Positions 25,556-36,167 of a stretch of DNA of 64,000 bases are shown here, piece by piece. The stretch spans positions 1 through 64,000 of IMG/VR virus record IMGVR_UViG_3300009788_000096; one strand, 5' to 3'. The notes under the pieces are model-generated. The model was given only the letters and a program-made list of their open reading frames with translations. It ran no database searches and was not told the origin of the DNA. Origin of the DNA: a virus. The translations under genes were made by a program, and so were the position numbers. Position 1 is the first letter of the stretch. Each line of letters opens with the position of its first letter.

Positions 25556-26032
25556 ATGTATAAACCAAAATATTTTATAATAGAGGAATTAGTTTCGAAA
25601 GACGAGTATTCCCAATATCACTCGCAGTACGGTGATAGACTTTTTCTTCTGTTTGACTATAGGATTTTAATTACTGCCGATATGTTGCGCGAACTTTTCG
25701 GACCAATTGTATGCAACACTTGGCATTACGGCGGATCCAATCACTACAGGGGATTCCGACCATGGCACGTTTGGGTTGGCGCAGTAATGAGTCAACACAA
25801 ATTTGGTCGGGCTCTGGACTTAGTTCCGGTAAAATTGTCAGCCGAAGAAGTTCGTCAAGACATAATCGCTCACCCTACAAGGGAAGCATATCAACACATC
25901 AAGGCGATTGAAGACGGAGTCGGTTGGTTGCACATTGATTGCAGGAACGAAAAAGAAGGACGCCCTCTACTTCGGTTTGGGGGAGGTCCAGTTACATCTG
26001 GCAAGGGAGATTCGGATGAATCGAATCGGTAG
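25556..26032 (+). CDS. peptidase M15-type endolysin
   Basis: RGFR...SQHKFGRALD...WLHID. Confidence 0.85.
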   Translation: MYKPKYFIIEELVSKDEYSQYHSQYGDRLFLLFDYRILITADMLRELFGPIVCNTWHYGGSNHYRGFRPWHVWVGAVMSQHKFGRALDLVPVKLSAEEVRQDIIAHPTREAYQHIKAIEDGVGWLHIDCRNEKEGRPLLRFGGGPVTSGKGDSDESNR

Positions 26033-26112
26033 TATTAGTCAATTGCAAAAGTCAATAGCTAATATCTCACTTAAACTTTTAAACGTCCCCGGACGGGGCA
26101 AGGAGGCTTAAC

Positions 26113-26982
26113 ATGCCATGGATATTGAAAGTCGATGAGGAATCGAAAGCACCAGTATTGGAAGACGGGAAACCAGTTTATATCGACCCGGATGGGAAAG
26201 AGTTGGCTCTCGATCCCCCTGCTATGTACCAGAAGATCATTGATCTGGGTGCAGAGAGTAAGGGGCATCGGATCAAGAAGGAAGAGCTGAGTACGCAACT
26301 TGAATTATTTACGGAAGTGGAAGATCTGCCGAAGTGGAAGAAAGATGCAGATGCGGCGCTGGAACAGGTTGCGAATTTCAAAGATAAAGACTGGCTGAAG
26401 GCTGACAAGGTTGAGAAACTGAAATCGGACATGAAGACTGCGCATGAAGAAAACATCGCTGGTATCCAGAAGTCCTTTTCTCTAAAGGAAGCGGACTTCA
26501 CCGAGAAGATCGGTAAAAAGGATATCCAGATTCGCAAGCTCATGATCGATAATAAGTTTGCTACCCATCCTTTGTTCAGCGGGAAAAACCCAAAGTCGAA
26601 TGTTTTACCGGCAATGGCGGTTGACCATTTTGGGAAGCAGTTCAAAATCGAAGAGGCTGAAAAGACTGGGGAATTGACTCTGACGGGATATCACACAAAT
26701 GGTGATATTGTTTACTCGAAAGAGCAACCCGGAGAAGTGGCGGATTTCAATGAAGCAATGCTTCTCATCTTCGATAAGCATCCCAATAGAGAATCAATGC
26801 TGCCAAGTGGGCCTCCCGGTTCTGGTGGTGGTGGTGGAGATGGTGATGATGATACAACTAATCTCACCGAAATCGGCAAACTCGAAAAAGAATATGCTGC
26901 CGCTCGAGAAGCGAAAGATGCGAGAAAGTCGATTGCTTTGAAAAACCAAATATTCGAATTAAAAAAGAAGCAAAAAGGTTAG
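26113..26982 (+). CDS. capsid scaffolding protein
   Basis: Coiled coil, 'DGKPVY', GSG-rich C-terminus, directly before the capsid gene. Confidence 0.8.
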   Translation: MPWILKVDEESKAPVLEDGKPVYIDPDGKELALDPPAMYQKIIDLGAESKGHRIKKEELSTQLELFTEVEDLPKWKKDADAALEQVANFKDKDWLKADKVEKLKSDMKTAHEENIAGIQKSFSLKEADFTEKIGKKDIQIRKLMIDNKFATHPLFSGKNPKSNVLPAMAVDHFGKQFKIEEAEKTGELTLTGYHTNGDIVYSKEQPGEVADFNEAMLLIFDKHPNRESMLPSGPPGSGGGGGDGDDDTTNLTEIGKLEKEYAAAREAKDARKSIALKNQIFELKKKQKG

Positions 26983-27022
26983 AGCGCGGCATAGCAAACC
27001 ATTGAAAAGGAGTTAATTTAAA

Positions 27023-27985
27023 ATGGCAAACGTAAATGCAGCCGCAACAACTTGGAATTGTCCTAACTATACTGGGGAACTCTACCTGATCGGCGCGAAC
27101 CAAACGCCGTTCCTGAATATGATTGGAGGTCTTCAGGCTGGTGCAATCAGAACGGTATCCGATTTTCAGTTTCCGTTGGCTCAACCGTGGTCTCTTGAAG
27201 CACCGAGCCAGCCGGCTATTACGGAAACCGCATCCTTGACTGCTCCCACTCCGTGGACTTATGTGAGAGATCAGGATGTCAATACCGTTCAAATCTTCCA
27301 ACGCCAGGTAAGTGTATCCTACGCGAAGCAATCCGTTGTGGGCCAGGTCACGGCCGATGCCACGACCAAACTGATCGACGTTACCGGTGTGCAGCCCGTG
27401 CAGAACGAACGGGATTTCCAGATTTCCGCGCACATGCGTCAGATCGCAGTCAACGCGGATTACACGTTCCTTAATGGTTCGTATGCGCAGGCGACGTCAG
27501 CTGCTGTGGCAGCTAAAACCAGAGGAGTCATTACGGCCTGTGCAACCAATAGCGTGAATGCTGCCGCTGCTGCGCTGACCAAAGGCCTCATTGATCAACT
27601 GCTGAGAACCATGGCAGGTAACGGAGCGGAGTTCATCAATCCGGTTATCTTCGTGAACGCCTTCCAGAAGCAGAAGATCAGCGACATTTATGGTTATGCG
27701 CCGCAGGACAGGAACGTTGGTGGTTACAACATCAATCAGATCGAGACCGACTTTGCAATCCTCGGTATTGTGTGGGCGCCCAATGTTCCGGCTGCCACCC
27801 TGCTGATCGCCGACCTGTCGGTTTGCTCTCCTGTATTTCTGCCTGTACCGGAAAAGGGAGTTCTGTTTTACGAAGAACTGTCGAAAACCGGTGCGTCTGA
27901 AAAGGGTCAGATTTATGGGCAGCTTGGTGTTGACTATGGTCCCGAGGAGTATCACGGAACCATTACAAGCCTGGCCACTTCGTAA
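27023..27985 (+). CDS. major capsid protein (HK97 fold, DUF5309/SU10-like)
   Basis: QTPFLNMIG, NTVQIFQRQVSVS, KTRG, TDF, LSKTGASEKGQIYG; highly-expressed codon bias. Confidence 0.92.
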   Translation: MANVNAAATTWNCPNYTGELYLIGANQTPFLNMIGGLQAGAIRTVSDFQFPLAQPWSLEAPSQPAITETASLTAPTPWTYVRDQDVNTVQIFQRQVSVSYAKQSVVGQVTADATTKLIDVTGVQPVQNERDFQISAHMRQIAVNADYTFLNGSYAQATSAAVAAKTRGVITACATNSVNAAAAALTKGLIDQLLRTMAGNGAEFINPVIFVNAFQKQKISDIYGYAPQDRNVGGYNINQIETDFAILGIVWAPNVPAATLLIADLSVCSPVFLPVPEKGVLFYEELSKTGASEKGQIYGQLGVDYGPEEYHGTITSLATS

Positions 27986-28063
27986 TCAATCCTTGACTCA
28001 GAAGTAGTTTTATTTTTTTGTTTGACTTTACTTCAATTAACTGTTAAATGAGGAGGTTACGAA

Positions 28064-28216
28064 ATGTCTTATGAAACTGTAAGAAATTGGATGAAAACGA
28101 ACCCTGCGGTTCCGCCCCAAATGCGTAAGTGGGCAGAAGGGATCGACGGTTCTGTTACGTGGATCACAACGACCACGACCACCAGTACTTCTACGACGAC
28201 CACTACGAGTTCTTAA
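28064..28216 (+). CDS. 50-aa protein ending in poly-Thr (possible capsid decoration)
   Basis: AGGAGG SD; MSYETVRNW...WITTTTTTSTSTTTTTSS. Confidence 0.75.
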   Translation: MSYETVRNWMKTNPAVPPQMRKWAEGIDGSVTWITTTTTTSTSTTTTTSS

Positions 28217-28259
28217 TTTTTCCGGTGGTTAGGACACAACGTCGAAAAGGAGTAGAAAA

Positions 28260-28709
28260 ATGACAAGAAGATTTTTCAGGGCAACACTGCCCACCATCGT
28301 ATGGAATCCAAAAGAGGATAGAGCTTTGGCGGAATTTGTCAACGGTCAATTTACTACCGAAGACGAGGAAGTCGCTGAAACCCTTCTTTCTCTCGGCTAT
28401 CCAGAAATTGGTTTGGATGATGAAGCGCCACCCATGATTATCCCCGCACCTGTTAAAGAAATCGGCGATGTGCCGATTATGCCGGGACAAATGACCGAAC
28501 AATCGGCGGCGAAGAAGATCCAAAGGGATGGCATCATGGCCAAGGAGAAAAAACCGGAGGCAACGGACGCTGACACGTCTGAATCAACATCGTCCTCCGG
28601 TGGGACCAGTGAGAAGTCAACTGCTTCCAAGCCGAAAAAGAAATCGGCGAAGAAGAAGAAGGCTCCCGCAAAAAAGAAGTCAAAGCGATCCATTAAAAGG
28701 AGAACGTAA
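28260..28709 (+). CDS. hypothetical head-associated protein, basic tail
   Basis: 'EFVNGQFTTEDEEVAETL...GY'; ends KRSIKRRT. Confidence 0.7.
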   Translation: MTRRFFRATLPTIVWNPKEDRALAEFVNGQFTTEDEEVAETLLSLGYPEIGLDDEAPPMIIPAPVKEIGDVPIMPGQMTEQSAAKKIQRDGIMAKEKKPEATDADTSESTSSSGGTSEKSTASKPKKKSAKKKKAPAKKKSKRSIKRRT

Positions 28710-28712
28710 CCA

Positions 28713-29159
28713 ATGGCTGTCACATTTTATTCTATAGATGATGACATAGTCAAGATCCGGCCAAATATCTTGGGTTTGGGTGTGTCTGATTGGGAAGAGA
28801 AACATCAAAAGGCGTTTGCCATTATTAACCGTACCCTTATAGCTCGATGGTACATGACGGTTGCGGATGATAATGATATTGACTGGCGAACGACTGAATT
28901 CGATCCCGGTAAAATTGATGTTACACAAGTCAATGACTTGTCGTGTTACAAGACTCTTGAGCTTTGTTACATGCATCTCATGAAAGACGCACCTGAGCCG
29001 GATGGTTTTGAACGGCAATCCGATATGTTCCGTAAACGTTATAACGAAGAGTTGCGCGAAATCTTGGCACTTGGATTAAATTATGATTGGGACGAGGATG
29101 ATGAAATCTCGGCCGAAGAAAAATACCAGCCAAGCCAACGTAGATTAGTGCGAGTTTAG
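28713..29159 (+). CDS. head-tail adaptor
   Basis: Position and size; 'YDWDEDDEISAEEK'. Confidence 0.65.
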   Translation: MAVTFYSIDDDIVKIRPNILGLGVSDWEEKHQKAFAIINRTLIARWYMTVADDNDIDWRTTEFDPGKIDVTQVNDLSCYKTLELCYMHLMKDAPEPDGFERQSDMFRKRYNEELREILALGLNYDWDEDDEISAEEKYQPSQRRLVRV

Positions 29160-29161
29160 TT

Positions 29162-29629
29162 ATGCCGGAATCATTGGAGATAAAAAATCTTGACCGCCTT
29201 ATGGGGCGAATCAGTCATGCCGAGCGAAATTGGCTTACTCGGGAACTGATGGCCAAGATCGGTTTGTACATTACTACCCGCATTGCTGCGCGGACTCGTG
29301 TCGGTAAAGATGTTGAGGGGAATATGTTTAAACCGTACTCTGCGAGTTATAAGTTATTCCGAAAGAAAACTGGCCGTACGACGGATATTGTCAACTTAAC
29401 TTTAACAGGCGAGATGATGGCGTCAATGACTTCAGAAGTATTAAGTGATCATGAAGTCAGGGCATTCTTTATGTCCGGTTCAGGTGGTAAAACGGACAAT
29501 CCATCAAAAGCCTTTTTTATCCACACTGCGCAGAATAGGAAATTCTTCGCTCTGAGTGAAGTAGAACAAACTCGGATTTTACAAATGGTTACTGACCATT
29601 TTAACGACATTTTATTTGAGGCAACGTAA
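29162..29629 (+). CDS. virion morphogenesis/tail completion protein (Mu G-like)
   Basis: GKDVEG..FKPYS..Y..VNLTLTGEM..RKFF. Confidence 0.7.
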   Translation: MPESLEIKNLDRLMGRISHAERNWLTRELMAKIGLYITTRIAARTRVGKDVEGNMFKPYSASYKLFRKKTGRTTDIVNLTLTGEMMASMTSEVLSDHEVRAFFMSGSGGKTDNPSKAFFIHTAQNRKFFALSEVEQTRILQMVTDHFNDILFEAT

Positions 29630-30081
29630 TGGCAACAGACAGTGTACGTGAACAGATTCTTGTTTGGGACGAAGCACTTCTTAATAGCATGGGCGTAATT
29701 CAGTCAGTCGCCCGGAAGATGCCAGACATGGCAACGCTTAAGAACTTTGCCATTACACAGTTTCCTATTGTAGCAATCGTTGGACGCCTCCCTGTCCCGG
29801 TGGAGCATGTCAAAGGCCGCAAACCGGGAGGCGTGGACCTAATAAAGTTCCGGATGAAAGTTGACTTGTTTGTATATATTCAGGATGCAAAGACTCCGGA
29901 CACAACGATTTCTAATCTTGCCGATGATATCTGGGCGAAGCTTTATTCTGATCAGACGAAAGGCGGACTTGTAACTGAAGTCAAGGTCGGCCTTGTGGAA
30001 GGCACGGAATACTGGGATCCCTTTGCGGCTTTCCAGATAACTGATAACTCGATTTACTACCGAAACACAGGAGGTATTTAA
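29629..30081 (+). CDS. tail terminator-like protein
   Basis: Position before the tail tube gene; 'SVREQIL','DQTKGG'. Confidence 0.6.
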   Translation: MATDSVREQILVWDEALLNSMGVIQSVARKMPDMATLKNFAITQFPIVAIVGRLPVPVEHVKGRKPGGVDLIKFRMKVDLFVYIQDAKTPDTTISNLADDIWAKLYSDQTKGGLVTEVKVGLVEGTEYWDPFAAFQITDNSIYYRNTGGI

Positions 30082-30082
30082 A

Positions 30083-30643
30083 ATGCCAACACCTGCAAAT
30101 GTCTCAAATCTTGCGATCGGTAAAGGCATCCTCTACATTGGAGAATGGAGCGGAATGACTCCGCCGACCGATCCTGCTGGTTATAGCGATATGGGTAATG
30201 TCACGTCTATCGAGGTAGAACCGATGATTGAAAGGCTGCCGCATTACTCTTCGCGTACCGGCTTTAGAACGAAAGACAAAAACCCGATTATCCAAACCGA
30301 ATATGCTATTCGCTGGGATTGCGATGAGATAGCTGCCGTGAATTTAAAGCTGTTTCTTCTGGGCACCAAAGTTGCCAATGTCATTTCTGCTCTGCAAGCA
30401 ACGGACAAAGAGTATGCCCTCAAGTTTATTTCCGATAATCCCATCGGGCCCAATCAGACGTGGCGTTGTTGGAAGATGACTGTAACTCCCAATGGCCCAT
30501 TGCAGCTGATCGGCGAAGAGTATATGGCAATGAGTTTCGCTGGTGAAGGACTTGCCGATATTGCTAATCACGCAAGCAGTCCTTACATGACCATAACGTA
30601 CGTAACCACAACCACCACAACTACCACAACGACCACTTCTTAA
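30083..30643 (+). CDS. major tail tube protein with C-terminal poly-Thr
   Basis: IGKGILY..MGNV..HYSSR..NPIGP..; ends VTTTTTTTTTTTS. Confidence 0.8.
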   Translation: MPTPANVSNLAIGKGILYIGEWSGMTPPTDPAGYSDMGNVTSIEVEPMIERLPHYSSRTGFRTKDKNPIIQTEYAIRWDCDEIAAVNLKLFLLGTKVANVISALQATDKEYALKFISDNPIGPNQTWRCWKMTVTPNGPLQLIGEEYMAMSFAGEGLADIANHASSPYMTITYVTTTTTTTTTTTS

Positions 30644-30675
30644 TAGTCGGTGGCAAGTTGCAAGCGAGGTAAAAA

Positions 30676-31199
30676 ATGCGAAAGACGAAATCTTTTAAAA
30701 TCAAAGGTTATGATAAACAGTACGAAGTCAAAGAAATGACCGTGCGTGAAATCATTGACCTAATTCAGGACAAAGCACTCGACGGTGATCTTACTCTGGA
30801 TGGGTTTAAGGAGTACTTCTCTGACCAGCTCCCGAAGTTCACCAATATAAAAGACCTCGATGAGATCATTGATATGGCTCCCAGTGAATTGACAGAAATC
30901 TGGGAAAACTTCTCGGAAGCGAATTCAGTTTTTTTCGCAGTGGCCCGCAAGGCGGGACTGGAACAAATCTTAGGGAAGTTGAAAGCGGCGATTATCGCGG
31001 ACTTTTTAAGTTGGCTTGTGCCCTTATCGAAGTCGGGCACCAAGAGTGCTTAGATTATGGATATTCGTTCTTTATAGATGCATGGAACGAGCACCAATAT
31101 TTAAAGTTCGATAATGAGAAGTCAATTGCAATAGCCTTTCGAACTGCTCGTTTCGCTAATGACAAAGAATGGCGAAAGTATCTAAGAAAAAAAGGATAA
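30676..31199 (+). CDS. tail assembly chaperone pair (30676-31053 plus a -1 frameshift extension to 31199)
   Basis: Between tube and tape measure; T TTT TTC slippery heptamer at 30930-30936 with an open -1 frame. Confidence 0.7.
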
Positions 31200-31203
31200 G
31201 TCA

Positions 31204-33909
31204 ATGCCAGAAAGCGAAACTTTAGAAATACTTGTAAAACTTCGCGATCAAGCTAAAAAGCCTCTTAGCGCATTCAATGCCGAGTTGGCGGAAACTGAAG
31301 AACTCGCTGATCGAGCGGGAGACCAGTTAGACCAGACACGAAAAGGTTTGGACAGAACTGGGAAACAGTTGACGAAAACTTCTAAAAGAATGAAGAACTT
31401 CAATGCCGGTTTAAAACAATTGAAAGCTGGGCTCACCGGTATTCGTGGAGGTTTAAACTATGCTGTAAGAGGATTGTTCTCTTTAAAGGCTGCATTGGCT
31501 GGCGCTGGTGTGGGTCTGCTCGCAAGAAGCTTTATTCAAGCTGCAAGTACTGCTGAGCAATACCGCACAAGATTGACTGTTTTACTCGGTTCGGTAAAAG
31601 AAGGTAACCGTTTATTTGCGGAAATGACGGAATTTGCTTCAGGCGTAGCCTTTGAATACGAAGAAATCATGGGCGCTGCAACCGCGTTATCTGGTGTTAT
31701 GAAGGGTGGCGTTGATGAAGTAAAAGAATGGATGCCTTTAATATCCGACCTTGCTGCTGCTTCAGGTTTGGGAATACAGGAATCAACTACACAAGTTATC
31801 CGAATGTATTCCTCTGGAGCTGCGGCAGCCGATATGTTTAGGGAAAGAGGCATATTGGCTATGCTCGGTTTTCAAGCTGGTGTTTCTGTTTCTGCAGAAG
31901 AAACCAGAAAAAGATTAATGGAAGCATTTGAAGATCCAGCTTCACGATTCCGTGGAGCAGCCGAATTGTTGTCCAGAACCTGGGGTGGTATGATGTCCAT
32001 GATGTCAGATGCCTGGTTCCAATTCCGAAATACTGTTATGGAAGCTGGTGTGTTTGACTATATCAAAGCTGCCATCCAAATGATGCTTGACTTCTTTAAA
32101 AGGTTAAAGACCGAAGGCAATATGGAAAAATGGGCAAAGAGTCTTTCTGATAATGTTATCGGTGCATTTGAAGTCATTATCAAAGGAGCTGCCCTTGTTG
32201 GTGATGTATTCCGCGGATGGAAAATGATTTGGCTTAGCTTGAAAGTTGCCTTCGCTGCATTCGCACAATATCTCAATACTGGCCTTGCCTTCATTGCAGA
32301 TATAATTGATTCTATCCGTGCGAAGATAAATGAACTTGGAGCGGACGCAGCAAAGATCGGGAAGATATTAAAATTTACTCCCGGTATGCAGGGCCTCGGT
32401 CTGTTGCTTGAACAATTGGAATCCAATAATGTTGAAATCGGAAAGATGGGTGACCAGTTAAGAGACAACGCAAAATTCTGGGAAGACATTGGCGATGAGT
32501 CCGGTGAAGCATTACTTGCAGTGGCCGGTCAGGAATCTTATTATAGTAAAGTGGATGGTTTGCTATCGAAGATTCGGTTAAAGGCCGAAGACTATCGCAA
32601 AGAAGTAGAGAAGGCAGGGACTGCACGACCAGCAACTGCTCTTGTTCCGGAAGCAAGTCTAAAAGCTTTAAGTGCATCTGCGGTGGCTCGCTTAAAAGCT
32701 ACGACCGCCCTCGCTTTAGCGGAGTTGAATGCCTTTTATAAACAAGGTGAGGTTGGGCTGGCAGAATACTTCAATAAAAGGGAATCACTTCTCACGGATC
32801 AATACGAAAAGGAACTTGCTTTACTTCGGAAAAGAGAGTCATTAGTCTCTGCGGAAAAGCCTGAAGAGAAGTTAAAGATCCAAGATCAAATCTTCGCTCT
32901 TGAGAAGAAGTATAATATAGATCGTATTAAGTTACAAGACGATCGGGTCAGTGCGGAGAAAAAGGCGGCATCCGATATACTCGCGATTGATAGGGCATTA
33001 GCGGATATGCGGAAAAATATACTTATGGGGCCGGCTGCTTCGATGCAGGCAATGTTTGATCTGGAAGCAGAAGAGCTCGATCGCAGGCAACAAGAAGAGA
33101 TTCAAAAACTTACTGACTTAAAAGCGCAAGAAGCAGATATCGAGGAAGCGTACAGATTGCAACAACTCGAGAGGGATAAGGTTCTGGCCAATCAGCGCTT
33201 GCGTGTGCAAGAAGCAACAATGGAAGGAATCAAAACAACTCTCGGTTTTATGGAGAGTGCGTTTGCTGATGCCTACGAAGCTTCTGGAGAATCCATCAAG
33301 GAATTCTTTCTACTTCAAAAAGCTGCAGCAATCGCAACGACTATTATATCTACCTACGAAGCTGCACAAAAAGCATATTCTTCAATGGTTGGAATTCCCT
33401 ATGTTGGCCCTGCCCTTGGTATTGCTGCCGCCGCTGCCGCTGTCGCTGGAGGCATGGCGAGAGTCGGAGTTATTCTGGCTCAGAAAATGGCAAAAGGTGG
33501 TATGGTTGAAGGGCATAGTCCAACTGCCACTTCTGATAATATTCCAATCAGCGCAACCGCCGGAGAGTTTATGCAGCCTGTTAGTGCGGTGAAGTATTAT
33601 AGTAAAAGAGGAATGGAAGCGATTAAAAGTAAAATAATTCCTCGTGAAGTCATTGCTGCCTATGCTTCTAACATCCGTCCGCCTGCCCCGAATTATTCTC
33701 GTGGATTCCAAGCTGGCGGTCCAATTGGAAGCGCAGGTGGTGGCGATCAGGAAGCCGGAAAGACTCCGGGTGAAGCAATCAATGTTATCAATGTCCTTGA
33801 TCCAAACTTGATGGATCAATACGTATCAACGGCTCACGGACAGAAGAATATCGTAAACGTAATCAGTCAAAATGCTTTTGCAGTAAAACAAATAATCGAA
33901 GCGGAGTAA
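31204..33909 (+). CDS. tape measure protein
   Basis: 901 aa, Ala-rich helical; 'SRTWGGMMSMMSDAW', C-terminal 'AKGG..G..DNIP...GEF'. Confidence 0.92.
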   Translation: MPESETLEILVKLRDQAKKPLSAFNAELAETEELADRAGDQLDQTRKGLDRTGKQLTKTSKRMKNFNAGLKQLKAGLTGIRGGLNYAVRGLFSLKAALAGAGVGLLARSFIQAASTAEQYRTRLTVLLGSVKEGNRLFAEMTEFASGVAFEYEEIMGAATALSGVMKGGVDEVKEWMPLISDLAAASGLGIQESTTQVIRMYSSGAAAADMFRERGILAMLGFQAGVSVSAEETRKRLMEAFEDPASRFRGAAELLSRTWGGMMSMMSDAWFQFRNTVMEAGVFDYIKAAIQMMLDFFKRLKTEGNMEKWAKSLSDNVIGAFEVIIKGAALVGDVFRGWKMIWLSLKVAFAAFAQYLNTGLAFIADIIDSIRAKINELGADAAKIGKILKFTPGMQGLGLLLEQLESNNVEIGKMGDQLRDNAKFWEDIGDESGEALLAVAGQESYYSKVDGLLSKIRLKAEDYRKEVEKAGTARPATALVPEASLKALSASAVARLKATTALALAELNAFYKQGEVGLAEYFNKRESLLTDQYEKELALLRKRESLVSAEKPEEKLKIQDQIFALEKKYNIDRIKLQDDRVSAEKKAASDILAIDRALADMRKNILMGPAASMQAMFDLEAEELDRRQQEEIQKLTDLKAQEADIEEAYRLQQLERDKVLANQRLRVQEATMEGIKTTLGFMESAFADAYEASGESIKEFFLLQKAAAIATTIISTYEAAQKAYSSMVGIPYVGPALGIAAAAAAVAGGMARVGVILAQKMAKGGMVEGHSPTATSDNIPISATAGEFMQPVSAVKYYSKRGMEAIKSKIIPREVIAAYASNIRPPAPNYSRGFQAGGPIGSAGGGDQEAGKTPGEAINVINVLDPNLMDQYVSTAHGQKNIVNVISQNAFAVKQIIEAE

Positions 33910-33913
33910 AATC

Positions 33914-35188
33914 ATGCCATACCAAACAGGCGTAGTAACACAATTTTTAGGAGCAAACGGATTACTTCAGAAACTTTTAGATTTTATATCAGGAACGGAA
34001 GTAACTGGAGAAACTTTATCTAGCAGCGGAGTCTCATGGTCTGGGAGTTTAGCGAGCTCTCCTGTTGGACTTGGAAGGCTTGTTATTACCTATGAATTTT
34101 CTTCAGTTGAATATGAGGCTACAGATGATGGTTCCGGAAATATCACTGGAACAAATATTTCTGCCGGTACTATCAACTATACCAATGGAGCTTACAGCAT
34201 TACTTTTACTGGCACACCGGACGCAGCGCCAACTGCCGATTATATCCACGGAGTTCCCGGACAGGATTGGCGTGTAGAATTAAACCGAACCACCAGAGAT
34301 GATGGTGGTGATGGATATACGGAACCATGTCCGGGAGCAAAGGAAGTAGTGCTTTCAAATACAGGTCTATCAGGAGCGGAAGCAGTTATTGTTGGAATCA
34401 GGGAATGCTTCTATGTGACGGAAGACTTTTATAACTGGGACTTAAACGGTTATCTGAATTTTAACGCAGCGGGTGAATGGGATCAAAACGCAATCACTCA
34501 TGGGATGCCTACGTATAGTTCTACATTCGAAAGTTTTTATCGCCATCCCGGGATGGCACTTCGTAATGATACAATGAACTATTGGTTCTATTCGAATCAG
34601 CAGCGTTTTATAGTTATAGTAAAGGTTGCATCTAACTATGAATCATGTTATCTCGGCTTTGGCAGGCGATTTGGTAATCCCGGCGATTATCCTTATCCAT
34701 TGTTTATCGGTGGTTGTATTAGTGGAAACAGAATATCATCTGATACTACATTGTTTCATCAATTTTTTATTCAAATAAATCGTGCAGATAATAACTGCCA
34801 AGTTTGGACTGTGACTCCGGGAACGGATTATATGACTTGGATAGGACAATCAAGCGCAAACGCGGGTCAAAGAATACTGCCTTACGGTACATGGGGAGAT
34901 CTGGGTGCGCTTAACCCAACAAAGAATGGCGAACGAATAATGACTCCCGTTTATATATGCCCATATAGTTCGTTACTCGGTTCGCTATATTATGATCTGG
35001 ATGAAGTATATCATATTGCGGGCATTGGCTTACAAAGTGAAGACTTGGTTAATTATGCTGGCAGTAGGTATCGGGTATTTCAAAATATATTCCGAACAAC
35101 TTATTTTGACTATATGGCAGTAAAGGAAGGTGCCGCAGTTTCAACAACGACAACCACGACAACCACGACAACTACGACTTCAACTTAA
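33914..35188 (+). CDS. virion tail protein with C-terminal poly-Thr
   Basis: MPYQTG..., YPYPLFIGG; ends STTTTTTTTTTTTST. Confidence 0.75.
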   Translation: MPYQTGVVTQFLGANGLLQKLLDFISGTEVTGETLSSSGVSWSGSLASSPVGLGRLVITYEFSSVEYEATDDGSGNITGTNISAGTINYTNGAYSITFTGTPDAAPTADYIHGVPGQDWRVELNRTTRDDGGDGYTEPCPGAKEVVLSNTGLSGAEAVIVGIRECFYVTEDFYNWDLNGYLNFNAAGEWDQNAITHGMPTYSSTFESFYRHPGMALRNDTMNYWFYSNQQRFIVIVKVASNYESCYLGFGRRFGNPGDYPYPLFIGGCISGNRISSDTTLFHQFFIQINRADNNCQVWTVTPGTDYMTWIGQSSANAGQRILPYGTWGDLGALNPTKNGERIMTPVYICPYSSLLGSLYYDLDEVYHIAGIGLQSEDLVNYAGSRYRVFQNIFRTTYFDYMAVKEGAAVSTTTTTTTTTTTTST

Positions 35189-35198
35189 GGAAAAGATT

Positions 35199-36167
35199 AT
35201 GACTCTTTTAAATTATGCGTATTATGCAAATCCAACAAGTCATCACGATGTATTGACTAAGTTGAGGACTTTCGCTTTAGCACAAGGATGGACATCGGAT
35301 TATTATCATAGTGAAAGTGTCGAATGGGCCGCAACCGGTGGTTCTCCAGCTTATGACTTCATTGGTGGGGCCGAGTCTGCGTTGGGTCTTTGGTCTAATG
35401 GTCATGGTTTACAAGATTTAATTGTACGTTTTCGATGTACACAAAGTGGTGTGGATCCACAAAACGAAACGATGTATTGTGCTGGCATTCAGCCGGGAAC
35501 GAGTCGAGTTCCCGATGGAGGTCAGTCTGCACAGCCGCATGCCCAAACAGGTTATTATACTCATTCAAGATATGCTACTCATTCAATGTCTCCCGGAACG
35601 ATGCATGGAGTTTGGTTCTTTGGCAATGCACACTTTATCTATATGGTTCTTGCTCCCGATTCTTCGTTTTGCACATTTCTTTTATTTGGAACCCCAAGCC
35701 TTTTTAAACCAACGGATAAGGGAGTTTATCTCGTTACGGGCGGCACTTACTTTGATTACTATGTCTATTGGTACGATGCATGGGGAGCTCAATCCAAGTA
35801 CGCGCTTGCTCATGAAAGAACTGCAAACACAAGTTACTATAATAGTTGGGATGCGAATTATGATCGAAGGTTACCTACATGGCGTAATAGTACTTATGTT
35901 AATGCCACAACTGTAATTTATAATACTTTATATTATGCCATTCAATTAAATTCATGGACTGGCAAACGAACCATGATTCAACCAATGGTTTATATGATGC
36001 GATATCCTGATTCTGTTTACTATCCTCTTGGAACTTGGCCAGTTTTCTTAATCCCCTTTACTGGCCTTGGAATGGGAGACATATTGACTTATGGAGCAGA
36101 ACAATATATGGTTTTTCCAGATTCTTTTAATGTGAGACAAAACGGCATCGCATTTAGGATTGTATAA
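35199..36167 (+). CDS. virion tail protein
   Basis: 'LRTFALAQGWT', 'GAEQYMVFP'; tail module position. Confidence 0.7.
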   Translation: MTLLNYAYYANPTSHHDVLTKLRTFALAQGWTSDYYHSESVEWAATGGSPAYDFIGGAESALGLWSNGHGLQDLIVRFRCTQSGVDPQNETMYCAGIQPGTSRVPDGGQSAQPHAQTGYYTHSRYATHSMSPGTMHGVWFFGNAHFIYMVLAPDSSFCTFLLFGTPSLFKPTDKGVYLVTGGTYFDYYVYWYDAWGAQSKYALAHERTANTSYYNSWDANYDRRLPTWRNSTYVNATTVIYNTLYYAIQLNSWTGKRTMIQPMVYMMRYPDSVYYPLGTWPVFLIPFTGLGMGDILTYGAEQYMVFPDSFNVRQNGIAFRIV

